Of a stretch of DNA of 27,804 nucleotides, positions 15,375 through 24,754 are shown piece by piece. The stretch's first letter is position 1. The number at the start of each line of letters is the position of its first letter. Where the stretch lies: IMG/VR virus record IMGVR_UViG_3300049172_000092, positions 1 through 27,804 of that record; one strand, given 5' to 3'. Made by a program: the position numbers and the translations under genes. The DNA is from a virus. Its lineage: Duplodnaviria; Caudoviricetes. Below the pieces are notes generated by a model, which worked only from the letters and a program-made list of their open reading frames with translations, did not search any database and was not told the origin of the DNA.

Positions 15375-18300
15375 GTGGCCACCCGTACCGTCACCGTCCG
15401 GCTCGTCGCGGACGTCAACCAGTACACCCGCGGCATGCGCCGCGCCGCACGCGACACGTCGCAACTTGCCGGCGCGGGCGCGGCAGTGGGTACTGCGATG
15501 GTCGCCGGGTTTGCGGTTGCCGCAGCCTCAGCCGCCAGGTTCGACAAGGCCCTCAGCAACGTGCGCGCGGTGACGGGCGCATCCGCGCAGGACATGGCCA
15601 AGCTGCGGGCGGCGGCTCTGGAGGCCGGTAAGACCACCTCGTACACGGCGACCGAGGCCGCCAACGCCGAGGCGGAGCTGGCCCGCGCTGGCGTGAAGGT
15701 CGCCGACATCACCGGCGGCGCGCTGAAGGGTGCGTTGGCGCTGGCCGCCTCCGGCCAGGTGGACCTGACGGAGGCGGCGGTCGTCTCCGCGCAGGCGATG
15801 AACACGTTCGGGCTGGCGGGCAAGGACGTGACCCACGTGGCTGACCTGCTGGCTGCGGGCGCCAACAAGTCTGCGGCGGATGTGCACGGGCTGGGCATGT
15901 CGTTGCGCATGGGCGGCCTGCTCGCTCACCAGACGGGCCTGTCCATCGAGGACACGGTGGGCACGCTGGCCGCGTTCGCCGACCACGCGCTGATCGGCTC
16001 GGACGCCGGTACGTCGCTGAAGGTGATGCTGCAGCGGCTGGTCCCGCAGTCCAAAGAGGCCTCGCAGATGATGGCCCAGATCGGATTCAGCGCTTACGAC
16101 TCCACCGGCAAGTTCGTCGGCCTGACCGAGCTCGCTGCCCGGATGAAGACGTCCTTCAGCAAGCTGACGCCTGAGGCCCGCAACGCGGCCATGGCCACCA
16201 TTTTCGGTGCGGACGCCGTCCGCTCCGCCACGATCATGTACGAGCTCGGTGCCGAGGGCATCAACCGGTACGTCAAGAGCGTCAACGATCAGGGTGCGGC
16301 CGGGCGGATGGCCTCCATCCAGACCGACAACCTGATCGGTGACCTGGAGCGCCTGCGCGGCGCGATCGAGGTCGCGCTCATTGAGGGTGGGTCTGCGGCG
16401 AATGGCTCGCTGCGCACGATGACGCAGTGGATCACCAGACTGGTCAACGCCTACAGCAGCATGCCGCCGGAACTGCAGCACGCGATCACCCTGTTTACGG
16501 GCTTTGGCGGAGCGGCAGCGATCGTCGCTGCGGGCATCCTCTTGCTCATCCCGCGCATCCACGCCACGACCGCAGCCCTGTCGGCCATGGGTGTCACTGC
16601 TGCGCGCGTGCGGGCCGTGATGCTGGGCCTGGGCCGTCTGAGCATTGTGGTGGCCGGAATCACCGCCATGACGTGGGGCATCGACAAGCTGACCGAGAGC
16701 TTCAAGGATGCCCCTCCGAACGTCACCAAGATGACCAACGCTATGGTCGACTTCGGCCGCAGGGGCAAGGTCAGCGGCGAACTGGCGAAGACCTTCGGCA
16801 AGGATCTCGACGGCCTGGGCGAGGCCGTCGCCCGCATCGCCCACCCGGGCGTAGGCGACCGCATCGAGGACTTCTTCGGCACCCTCGACCCGGGCACCGA
16901 GCATGGCGGCCCCGGCCTGGACAAGGCCGTCACGCGGATCAAGGCCCTTGACGAGGCACTGGCGTCGCTGGTGCAGGCCGGGGCCGCCGATGCGGCGGCC
17001 GAGAACTTCAGGGTGTACGCGGCGGAAGCCGAGCGCGGCGGCACGTCGACCGAGAAGTTCCGCACCTTGCTGCCCGGCTACACCGAAGCGTTGATGACCG
17101 CGGACACTCAGACGAAGCTGTCTGCCGGATCTCAGGCCAAGCTGGCGAAAGAGGCAGGGCTGACTGCCGACGAGCTGCAGGATCAGCGCACTGAGGCAGA
17201 GAAGCTCTCGGACGCCCTGAACACGCTCAACGGTGTGGCGATCTCCGCGGCCGAGCGTGAGATCAGCTTCCGTCAGTCCCTGGCCGACCTCAACGAGGCA
17301 GTGAAGGAGAACGGCCACTCGCTGGACGTCACCTCCGATAAGGGCCGCAAGGTCAAGTCTGCTTTCCTCGAAGCGGCAAGCGCGGCGATGGAGCACGCCG
17401 AGGCCATCGCAGAGCAGAAGAACAGTCAAGAGGCCGGGCAGAGGGTCCTGGAGAAGGACATCGCCCTCCTCAAGGAGGACATGCTCGCGAAGGGCTTCTC
17501 GAAGGATGCGGTCGACAAGCTGGCCGCCGCCTACCTGAGGCTGCCGGCTTCGAAGGTCACGAAGGTCGACGCTAAGACCGAGAGTGCCATCAGGGATCTC
17601 GAAGCGGTCAAGGCGAAGGTCGCAAACACCAACGGCAAGACGATCACGATGCGGGCGCCCACCGCGGAGGCCCGCAAGCAGCTAGAAGCGCTGGGCTTCA
17701 AGATCAAGGACACGAAGGGCAAGAACGTCACCATTTCGGTCCCCACCGGCGGACCGATCGGCTCGGTGAGGGCAATCCAGGGCGCCATCAACAGCCTGCG
17801 CGGCAAGACCGTCACCAACTACGTGTCGACGATCGACAGCGGAACCTTCTACAAGGGCAAGCCGCTGATGAAGCCGGAAGCCGACGGCGGCATCCTGAAG
17901 TTCTTTGCCGGCGGCGGCATGCACGAGAACCACGTGGCCCAGATCGCCCGCAAGGGCACGTGGCGCGTATGGGCGGAGGACGAGGCAGGGGACGAGGCCT
18001 ACATCCCTCTAAACCCGGCAAAGCGCCCACGCTCCCGGCAGATTGCCGCCGAGACCGTGAAGCGGCTCGGCGGCCAGGTGGCCTGGTTCGCCAACGGCGG
18101 CATCTCGGGCTTCACCTACACGCCGACGGGCATGGCGGTCCTCGGCGGCCCGTCGGACGCCAAGCAGCGCTACGACCAGGAAATCGAAGACCTGAAGAAA
18201 GCCTGGTCCGACCTCAACAAGGCGCTGGCCGACCAGAGGAAGGCGGCCGACAAGCTCAAGGACGCCGAGAAGGACCTGGCCAAAGTCCGTAAGCGCAAGC

Positions 18301-19412
18301 ACACCAAGAAGCAGTTGGGAGACGCCCAGGAGCGGGTGGGCAAGGCCCGGTCGGAGAAGAAGAAGGCCGACTCGACCGTCTCCAAGGAGCGCAAGGATCT
18401 CGCCGCGGCGAACAAGGAGCTCGGGTTCGGCAAGTCTGCGAAGGTGCCGAAGGCGTTCAGTCTGAAGGCCTACGAGACGCAGCTCAACGAGTCCGTCGCC
18501 GACACCGAGAAGTGGCGCAAGAACCTCGCTCGGATCGGCCAGCGCGGCGGCAAAGAGCTGAAGGCCATGCTCGAAGGCATGGGGGAGGAGGGCTACGCCC
18601 TCGTCAACTCTCTCGCCGGCGCGAGCGACCGGCAGTTCAAGTCGATCGTTGCCAAGCTCCAGAAGACCGGCGATCTGGCCAAGGCGACCCTGGCGGACTT
18701 CAACAAGCAGCTCGGCGCGTCAACCAAGGAGAACCAGCAGTTCGCGGCGGACCTGCAAAAGCTCGCATCCCAGGGGTTCGGTGACCTCGCCCAGGCGCTC
18801 GCCGCGCAGGGCGACTCGGCGGCCATGACGCTCGCCCATGAGGCGGCAGGCAACAGTAAGAGCGCAGCCGCGGCGAACAAGAGCGTCGGTGCCGCACAGA
18901 ACACCCTCACGGGTGAGGACTTGGCCAACAGCCTGATCCTGCTGTCGACATTGCGGGGCGGCACCGGCCGCGGGTACGCGGATCTGATTGCGGCCGGCCT
19001 GGATCCGGCGACCATCAAGGCCCTCGTGCCGAAGATGACCAAACAGATCGGCAGCCTGCCTGCGGCGAACAAGGCGACCTTCGTGCGCCAGTGGGTCGCC
19101 CAAGGGGGCGCGGCGATGGCGGCCGGCGGCATCCTCAGCCGGCCCACCATGGTCCTCGGCGGCGAAGCAGGGGTCCGGGAGTCGTGGATTCCTTGGACCA
19201 GCAGTGCGCGTTCCAAGGCGCTCCTGGCCAAGACCGCCTCCGCCATGGGCTACCAGCTGGTGCCTGCCGGCCGGTACAGCAGGGGCGGCACCTCCACTGC
19301 GGCCATCGCCCGCGAGGTGTCCAAGCAGATCACGGTCAACCTTTACGGCGCCAAGCAGACGGCAGCCGAGCAGGCGCACGATCTCGCCCGCGTCATCTCG
19401 TTCGTCGGCTGA
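15375..19412 (+). CDS. Tape measure protein
   Basis: 1345 aa, Ala-rich and helical. N-terminal PhageMin_Tail/TP901-type core (FDKALSNVRAVTGA..G.TT.YTATEAA..GSDAGTSLK); follows the chaperones. Confidence 0.96.
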   Translation: MATRTVTVRLVADVNQYTRGMRRAARDTSQLAGAGAAVGTAMVAGFAVAAASAARFDKALSNVRAVTGASAQDMAKLRAAALEAGKTTSYTATEAANAEAELARAGVKVADITGGALKGALALAASGQVDLTEAAVVSAQAMNTFGLAGKDVTHVADLLAAGANKSAADVHGLGMSLRMGGLLAHQTGLSIEDTVGTLAAFADHALIGSDAGTSLKVMLQRLVPQSKEASQMMAQIGFSAYDSTGKFVGLTELAARMKTSFSKLTPEARNAAMATIFGADAVRSATIMYELGAEGINRYVKSVNDQGAAGRMASIQTDNLIGDLERLRGAIEVALIEGGSAANGSLRTMTQWITRLVNAYSSMPPELQHAITLFTGFGGAAAIVAAGILLLIPRIHATTAALSAMGVTAARVRAVMLGLGRLSIVVAGITAMTWGIDKLTESFKDAPPNVTKMTNAMVDFGRRGKVSGELAKTFGKDLDGLGEAVARIAHPGVGDRIEDFFGTLDPGTEHGGPGLDKAVTRIKALDEALASLVQAGAADAAAENFRVYAAEAERGGTSTEKFRTLLPGYTEALMTADTQTKLSAGSQAKLAKEAGLTADELQDQRTEAEKLSDALNTLNGVAISAAEREISFRQSLADLNEAVKENGHSLDVTSDKGRKVKSAFLEAASAAMEHAEAIAEQKNSQEAGQRVLEKDIALLKEDMLAKGFSKDAVDKLAAAYLRLPASKVTKVDAKTESAIRDLEAVKAKVANTNGKTITMRAPTAEARKQLEALGFKIKDTKGKNVTISVPTGGPIGSVRAIQGAINSLRGKTVTNYVSTIDSGTFYKGKPLMKPEADGGILKFFAGGGMHENHVAQIARKGTWRVWAEDEAGDEAYIPLNPAKRPRSRQIAAETVKRLGGQVAWFANGGISGFTYTPTGMAVLGGPSDAKQRYDQEIEDLKKAWSDLNKALADQRKAADKLKDAEKDLAKVRKRKHTKKQLGDAQERVGKARSEKKKADSTVSKERKDLAAANKELGFGKSAKVPKAFSLKAYETQLNESVADTEKWRKNLARIGQRGGKELKAMLEGMGEEGYALVNSLAGASDRQFKSIVAKLQKTGDLAKATLADFNKQLGASTKENQQFAADLQKLASQGFGDLAQALAAQGDSAAMTLAHEAAGNSKSAAAANKSVGAAQNTLTGEDLANSLILLSTLRGGTGRGYADLIAAGLDPATIKALVPKMTKQIGSLPAANKATFVRQWVAQGGAAMAAGGILSRPTMVLGGEAGVRESWIPWTSSARSKALLAKTASAMGYQLVPAGRYSRGGTSTAAIAREVSKQITVNLYGAKQTAAEQAHDLARVISFVG

Positions 19413-19424
19413 GAGGGGGCTCGG

Positions 19425-20294
19425 GTGGCCTACACCCCAAGTACAGACCTTGACGGGAGGCAGGCCACCCTCGGCACGCTCCGCCTTGGAGCGGTCGACA
19501 GCGCGGGGGTGGCCTGGTTCCTCCAGACCCTGGAGGGCTGGGACAGCCCAGAGGTGCGGGCCGAGTTCCAGGAGCGGGAGGCGGATCACGGCGCCTGGGC
19601 GTCGCCGGTCTATCTCGGATCGCGGCCGGTCACCCTGGCCGGAACGGTCGAGGCCCCGGACCGGGCGTCTCTGGATACCGCGCTCGACCAGCTGTTCGTT
19701 GCCGCAGCGCTGGCGGACACCACGCTGACGGTGTGGGAGTCGACACCCAAGCAGGCGACCGTGAGGCGGTCGGGGAAGCTGCTCGCGCAGCACGTCACCG
19801 ACCGCATCGCAACCTGGTCGGTCATGGTCACGGCCGCGGACCCGCGCCGCTACGGCACCACCCTGCAGACCGGAACGACCGGTCTGCCCACCACCAGCGG
19901 GGGCTTGACCTTTCCGGTCACATTCCCGGTCACGTTCTCGGCGACGACGGTGTCCGGGCAGATCAACGCAGTCAACGCCGGGACGCTGGACACCCGGCCC
20001 GTCATCACGATCACCGGGCCCGTCGTCGCGCCCACGGTGTCCGCCCTCTACCCGGACGGCTCGGTGCGACAGCTCATCTACTCCCAGGATCTCGCCACCG
20101 GTGACGTCCTCGTCATCGACACCGACGCACACACCGTCGTCCTCAATTCGGTCGTGTCCCGCCGCCGGTTCATGACGGTGTCCGGAGGCTGGCCAACCAT
20201 CCCGGCCGGCGGCTCCGCCAACTACCAGTTCCAGTCCGGCACCTACAACGCGACCGCGACGCTGACCGCCACGTGGCGCTCGGCATGGATGTGA
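19425..20294 (+). CDS. Distal tail protein (Dit-like)
   Basis: First gene after the tape measure. EGWDSP, A.DPRRY, GGLTFPVTFP, NAGT..TRPVITITGPV, WRSAW. Confidence 0.85.
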   Translation: MAYTPSTDLDGRQATLGTLRLGAVDSAGVAWFLQTLEGWDSPEVRAEFQEREADHGAWASPVYLGSRPVTLAGTVEAPDRASLDTALDQLFVAAALADTTLTVWESTPKQATVRRSGKLLAQHVTDRIATWSVMVTAADPRRYGTTLQTGTTGLPTTSGGLTFPVTFPVTFSATTVSGQINAVNAGTLDTRPVITITGPVVAPTVSALYPDGSVRQLIYSQDLATGDVLVIDTDAHTVVLNSVVSRRRFMTVSGGWPTIPAGGSANYQFQSGTYNATATLTATWRSAWM

Positions 20295-20304
20295 GGAGGC
20301 CCAA

Positions 20305-21336
20305 GTGCCGGTAGACGTCTGGGCCATCGACAGCCTCGCCTTCACAGGTCTTGAGGCCCGCAACGTCGAGGCCATGCAGATCATGTCCGACGGGACCGCG
20401 ATGGGGTCCCGCTCCGGGGTCCGGCCCGGGGACCTCGGGCTGACGGTCACGCTCGCGGGCACGACCATCAACTGTTCCGCCGGCGTGGCCGCCATCGGTT
20501 ACCCCGGACAGGGCGTGTACCGGGTCGCGTTCCCCTCCTCGGTGTCGCCCGGCGTGTACACGGCGGCGCACGCCACCTTGAACCGTATCGACCTCGTCTA
20601 CCTGCGGGTCTGGGACAACTCGGTCGACGCGTCCGGTCTGAACAAGGGTGACATCGTCTACCTGGCCGGGACTCCGGCCGCGTCGCCGGTCGCTCCGACT
20701 CCGGCGGGCACGCAGATCTACATGCCGCTCGCCACGATCTCTGTGCTGTCCGTATCGAACGGCGGCACGGCCTCTGTGTCGCAGGCGATTCGGCCCAACA
20801 CCGTGGCGCCCGGCGGAATCCTTCCGTCGGCAACGGCACCCTCTAGCCCTTATGCGGGGCAGGCCTACCACAACGGCACCGACCTGCTGGCCTGGAACGG
20901 GTCCTCCTGGGACACCTACTACAAGGTGCCGGGCGCCTGGGTGGACTACACCCCGACGTGGACGAGCTCCGGGAGCAGCCCGTCCCTGGGCAACGGGACG
21001 CTCGTCGGGAAGTACAGCAAGATCGGACGACAGGTCACGATCCACATCAACCTGATCCCCGGCTCGACCACCACCTACGGCAGCGGCAACTACAGCTGGG
21101 CACTCCCGTTCACCGCCGCCAACACGGGCTGCTCCTACATCCTGAACGCGCACCTCCTCGGCACCGACCGATGGATGGGGCAGATGGTCATCTCGCCCGC
21201 TGCAGTGACGACGAGCGCGTTCTTCAACCTGTCGACAACGAACAGCCGAATCGACTTCATGACGCCGACCCGGCCTGAGACGTTCGCGAACGGATCCCAG
21301 CTCCGCATCACCGGCACCTACGAGTCGGCCAGCTGA
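20305..21336 (+). CDS. Minor tail / baseplate protein with C-terminal receptor-binding-like domain
   Basis: 343 aa. RIDLVYLRVWD..GTPAASPVAP..PLATISV N-terminal module, then WVDYTPTWT..LGNGTLVGKY..G beta-rich domain. Confidence 0.8.
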   Translation: MPVDVWAIDSLAFTGLEARNVEAMQIMSDGTAMGSRSGVRPGDLGLTVTLAGTTINCSAGVAAIGYPGQGVYRVAFPSSVSPGVYTAAHATLNRIDLVYLRVWDNSVDASGLNKGDIVYLAGTPAASPVAPTPAGTQIYMPLATISVLSVSNGGTASVSQAIRPNTVAPGGILPSATAPSSPYAGQAYHNGTDLLAWNGSSWDTYYKVPGAWVDYTPTWTSSGSSPSLGNGTLVGKYSKIGRQVTIHINLIPGSTTTYGSGNYSWALPFTAANTGCSYILNAHLLGTDRWMGQMVISPAAVTTSAFFNLSTTNSRIDFMTPTRPETFANGSQLRITGTYESAS

Positions 21337-22415
21337 TGGGAACGCCCTACCAGCTCGCCTGGTACGGCTGCGACATGCGCACGGGCGGCATCATCGAAGA
21401 CCTGCCCTCCCTGAAGCCGACAGGCTCCCTGGGGCGGAAGCTGGGCGACGCCACGACCCTGCAAGTCGAGCTCACCCTGTCAGGCGCCGCGCCGAACTGG
21501 GACGAGGCTACGACCCCGGGCGCAACCATGCTGGTCGCCGTCGACACCGCCACCGATACCCCGATCTGGGCGGGGGCGGTCCTGCCCCGGGAGGGTGGCA
21601 GCCACACGACCGTCCAACTCGGTGCGGCCACCCTGGAGCGCTACCTCGACAGCCGCTTCCCCGGAACGCAGACCCTCGTCGGCGCCGACCAGGCCGCCGT
21701 CATCAGCGCCCTCGCCACACCGGCACTCACCGACGGGCCACCGATTGTCATCGATGCCCCGAACACCGGCGCCGTCATGGACTACTACACGCAGGACGGC
21801 GACGACAAAAGCATCCTGTCCTGCCTGCAAGAGATCATGGGCCTGGACGGCGGCCCGGAATGGACCATCGACGTCGCATGGAACGCCAGCCATTCAGGCT
21901 TCGAGTTCCCGCTGCGGGTCCGCCCCAAGATCGGCGTACAGGGAGCCACCTCGGTCGTCTTCGACTTCCCGGGCTGTGTCGCCTCGTACACCCTCTCCGA
22001 GTCCTACGAAGCAGGGAAAGGCGCCACAGTCGTCATCGCCCGCGGTGAAGGCGAAGGCTCCTCGCGGCTCACCTCCATTCCCTACGAGGCGACGGCGCTC
22101 CTCGCGGCCGGCTGGCCCCGCTGGGAGTACCGCTACTCCCCGGCGACCGGACTCACCGACCCGGACCAGCTCAACTCGCACGCCGCCCGGTCCGTTGGCC
22201 TCATGGCGCGCGGCGGCCAGGTGTGGAGCTTCGAGGCCGTCGCTTCCGTCTCCCCACGCTTGGGGCAGTCCTGGGCGCTCGGCGACAGCATCCACGTCGC
22301 CATCGAGACCTCGCCGCGACATCCGCAGGGCGCCGACACGGTGGCCCGCTGCTGGGCGTGGGAGCTCGAGCCGGGCGCCGACCGCATCCGCCCCATCCTT
22401 GTGGAGGAGAACTGA
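21336..22415 (+). CDS. Minor tail protein (baseplate hub / Tal-like)
   Basis: 359 aa. D.RTG.II.DLP, PIWAG, DGGPEWTID, FDFPG, WALGD motifs; TGATG coupling on both sides. Confidence 0.8.
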   Translation: MGTPYQLAWYGCDMRTGGIIEDLPSLKPTGSLGRKLGDATTLQVELTLSGAAPNWDEATTPGATMLVAVDTATDTPIWAGAVLPREGGSHTTVQLGAATLERYLDSRFPGTQTLVGADQAAVISALATPALTDGPPIVIDAPNTGAVMDYYTQDGDDKSILSCLQEIMGLDGGPEWTIDVAWNASHSGFEFPLRVRPKIGVQGATSVVFDFPGCVASYTLSESYEAGKGATVVIARGEGEGSSRLTSIPYEATALLAAGWPRWEYRYSPATGLTDPDQLNSHAARSVGLMARGGQVWSFEAVASVSPRLGQSWALGDSIHVAIETSPRHPQGADTVARCWAWELEPGADRIRPILVEEN

Positions 22416-23161
22416 TGCCGCGGCAGCTCGATCAACTGCCGCCGGACGCCACCTCGCTGGCCCGGCGGGTCCAGTCGCTGGAAACACAGGTACGCGAACT
22501 GCGGGCCGCCCGCCGCATGACGTCCGCCACCGTCGGCACCCTCCGCGTGTACTCCGAAGACGGCGAGACGCTCCTCGCGGAGCTGGGGCCGCAGACCACG
22601 GGCGACGGCGGTGGCGGCCTGTGGACCAGAGGCCGCCAGGACCCGATTAACTTCTCCGCGTACTTGTCGTCAGGGGTGCTGCAGTTCCGGCCCGTCGAGA
22701 ACGACCGTGTCGCCGTCCCTGCAGGCGTCACCTACGACTCTGACGCCTACCAGTACACCAACCTCACCCTCACATCCGGGAACGTGGCCCCCAGCGCACA
22801 TCGGGCCCTGGTCATCCTGGAGTCGACGTTCGAAGGCGGCTCCCCCTACGTCTACGTGCAGGGCGAGAACTCCAACCAATGCAACATGGACGTCCTCGGG
22901 GTCTTCACCTCGTCGAACATCGCTTACGGGCAGGTGACGATCAACCCGTCCGCAGCTAACACCCCGACATCGGTCAACGTGACCGGCCTCAGCCTGAAAG
23001 GCTCGACGTTCCTCCCCTACGTCTCCGCCGCCACGACCGTGCCTGGCTCGCAGGTCACCGGCGTCGGCGCCACATCCCCGTCGGCATCAGGGCTGACGGT
23101 GTGGGCCACCCGCACCAATACCACCGCAACCATCGTGAACTGGCTGGTGATGGGCATATGA
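22415..23161 (+). CDS. Minor tail protein (N-terminal coiled coil, C-terminal fibre-tip-like domain)
   Basis: ATG 22415 with RBS GGAGG. 248 aa, LARRVQSLETQVRELRAARR then beta-rich body ending VNWLVMG. Confidence 0.78.
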   Translation: MPRQLDQLPPDATSLARRVQSLETQVRELRAARRMTSATVGTLRVYSEDGETLLAELGPQTTGDGGGGLWTRGRQDPINFSAYLSSGVLQFRPVENDRVAVPAGVTYDSDAYQYTNLTLTSGNVAPSAHRALVILESTFEGGSPYVYVQGENSNQCNMDVLGVFTSSNIAYGQVTINPSAANTPTSVNVTGLSLKGSTFLPYVSAATTVPGSQVTGVGATSPSASGLTVWATRTNTTATIVNWLVMGI

Positions 23162-23367
23162 GCGTCGCGTTCGAGCCCGCCCTCTGGTATGCGGTTACCG
23201 CCCGGGATGACAATGGGGCCTGCCAGAACAGCACGGACGGCCAGACGTTCGAGGTCAATCCCTGCTACTCCAACGGCGGGAAGGTGGTCATTGACTGCGG
23301 CCTCTGCCATGAGCCGATGACGATCCTCTCGGCCACGCTACTCAACCCGCAGCCCGAGATGGCGTGA
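23158..23367 (+). CDS. Small four-Cys protein, possible tail-tip accessory or chaperone
   Basis: ATGA overlap. 69 aa with C..C..CGLC. Confidence 0.7.
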   Translation: MSVAFEPALWYAVTARDDNGACQNSTDGQTFEVNPCYSNGGKVVIDCGLCHEPMTILSATLLNPQPEMA

Positions 23368-23377
23368 AGGGCGGCGC

Positions 23378-24688
23378 ATGACGACCTTCAACGACCTGCC
23401 CCACGTCTTCTACTCCGCGCACCGAGGAGGAGCCGGCGAGGCGCCCGAGAACACGATCGAAGCGCTTCGTGCCGGCGCCCGGTGGGCGGAAGTTCTCGAC
23501 CTGGACACGCAGATCCTCGGCGACGGGACGCCGGTCCTGATGCATGACGAGACCGTCGAGCGCACCACCAGCGGAACCGGACCAACCTCCGCCTTCGGGA
23601 TCGCCCAGTGGGAGATGCTCCGCAGCGACCCGGGCACCTGGTTCGCCGCCGGGGCGCCAACGCTCGCAGTGCCCACCGTTGAGCAAGCCCTGGACGCCTT
23701 TGGTGGGCGCCGAGTGATGACGGTCGAGGCCAAGAACGCGGACGGGGTGGCCGAGCTGGCCACCCTCATCCGGGACCGGAGCCTGGCCGAGTCCGTGCTC
23801 ATCAACACCAACGACCCCGGCACGGTCTCCACGATCCGAGCAGCGGGCTGCCGTGCCCATCTATGGCGCTCTGCCGCACAGATGACCAGCGACGACTTCG
23901 GAGCCTTCGTTGACGGTGGCGCGGACGTCCTCGACGTCGACATCGCCGCACCCGACGCGCTCATCGCCGCCGCCATCGGCGCCGGCCCGCCGCTGGGGGT
24001 GTGGGCCCACACTCTGACTCGCCGCTCACAGCAGGCCCGCGCGGTAGCGCTGGGCTGCCGTGGCGTCGTCACCGACTACCCGGGCTATGTGAGCGGGCGC
24101 GCCCCGTCCCGCCGCAGTGACAGCCTCACCTCGGGCTGGGGCTACGGATACGTCCCTTCGGGCACTGGCGCCCGCCCCAAGCTGCTGCCTGGGGGAGTAC
24201 TGCATTTCACCTCGACCGCCGACACGCAGGTGGTACTTCTCGGCGAGCTGTCCCCGATCACATCCGGCAGTTTCACCGTCGAGGTCAGGTTTTCCCTGTC
24301 CGCCGCCACCTCCCGCCCCTGGTTCGGCGTGCATCTCGGAATGGATGACGCGAGTACCGTCCTCAAGTCCAGCGCAGTCGTCCATAACGGCTACACCTGC
24401 CAGTTCACCGGTGGCGGCAGCCTGGCCATCTATCGCGACGACGGCACAGCGAAGACATCATCGAGCCTTGCTTCGAGCGCCGCGGGCGGCACGTTCTCCG
24501 CAGACACCGCGTACACGCTGCGGGTCACGGTCACGCCGACGCAATTGCGCGCGTCCGTCCCTGAACTGTCGACCGTGACAGCCGTCGCAAACGACGCCAC
24601 CTACCGCGGTCCGATGTACCTGTACCTCGGCCGAGCCGCCTCCGCCGGCGGCGTCACTGCCAAGGCTTGGGACATCACCGCCACCTGA
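23378..24688 (+). CDS. Glycerophosphodiester phosphodiesterase (GDPD) fused to a C-terminal beta-sandwich
   Basis: AHRG..APENT, LDLDT, DG.PVLMHD.TV.RTT, VPTVEQAL, VEAK and GVVTDYP cover the GDPD TIM barrel (about aa 10-236); about 200 aa beta-rich C-terminus. Confidence 0.9.
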   Translation: MTTFNDLPHVFYSAHRGGAGEAPENTIEALRAGARWAEVLDLDTQILGDGTPVLMHDETVERTTSGTGPTSAFGIAQWEMLRSDPGTWFAAGAPTLAVPTVEQALDAFGGRRVMTVEAKNADGVAELATLIRDRSLAESVLINTNDPGTVSTIRAAGCRAHLWRSAAQMTSDDFGAFVDGGADVLDVDIAAPDALIAAAIGAGPPLGVWAHTLTRRSQQARAVALGCRGVVTDYPGYVSGRAPSRRSDSLTSGWGYGYVPSGTGARPKLLPGGVLHFTSTADTQVVLLGELSPITSGSFTVEVRFSLSAATSRPWFGVHLGMDDASTVLKSSAVVHNGYTCQFTGGGSLAIYRDDGTAKTSSSLASSAAGGTFSADTAYTLRVTVTPTQLRASVPELSTVTAVANDATYRGPMYLYLGRAASAGGVTAKAWDITAT

Positions 24689-24703
24689 CCCCCACGCCCT
24701 GTC

Positions 24704-24732
24704 ACCCCGAGCCCGCAGGCCGGGGTCGCTTT
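24704..24732 (+). terminator. Stem-loop between GDPD and endolysin
   Basis: ACCCCG-a-GCC-cgca-GGC-CGGGGT followed by CGCTTT. Confidence 0.5.
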
Positions 24733-24754
24733 CATGCCCAGAAAGGGGCCCACC

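Noticed and set aside
24734-24754. ATG 24734 as endolysin start
   Set aside because: This ATG lies inside the TTTCATGCCC motif with no upstream SD. TTG 24755 has AAAGGGG at suitable spacing and gives a typical MKLVTRAQLGW start.
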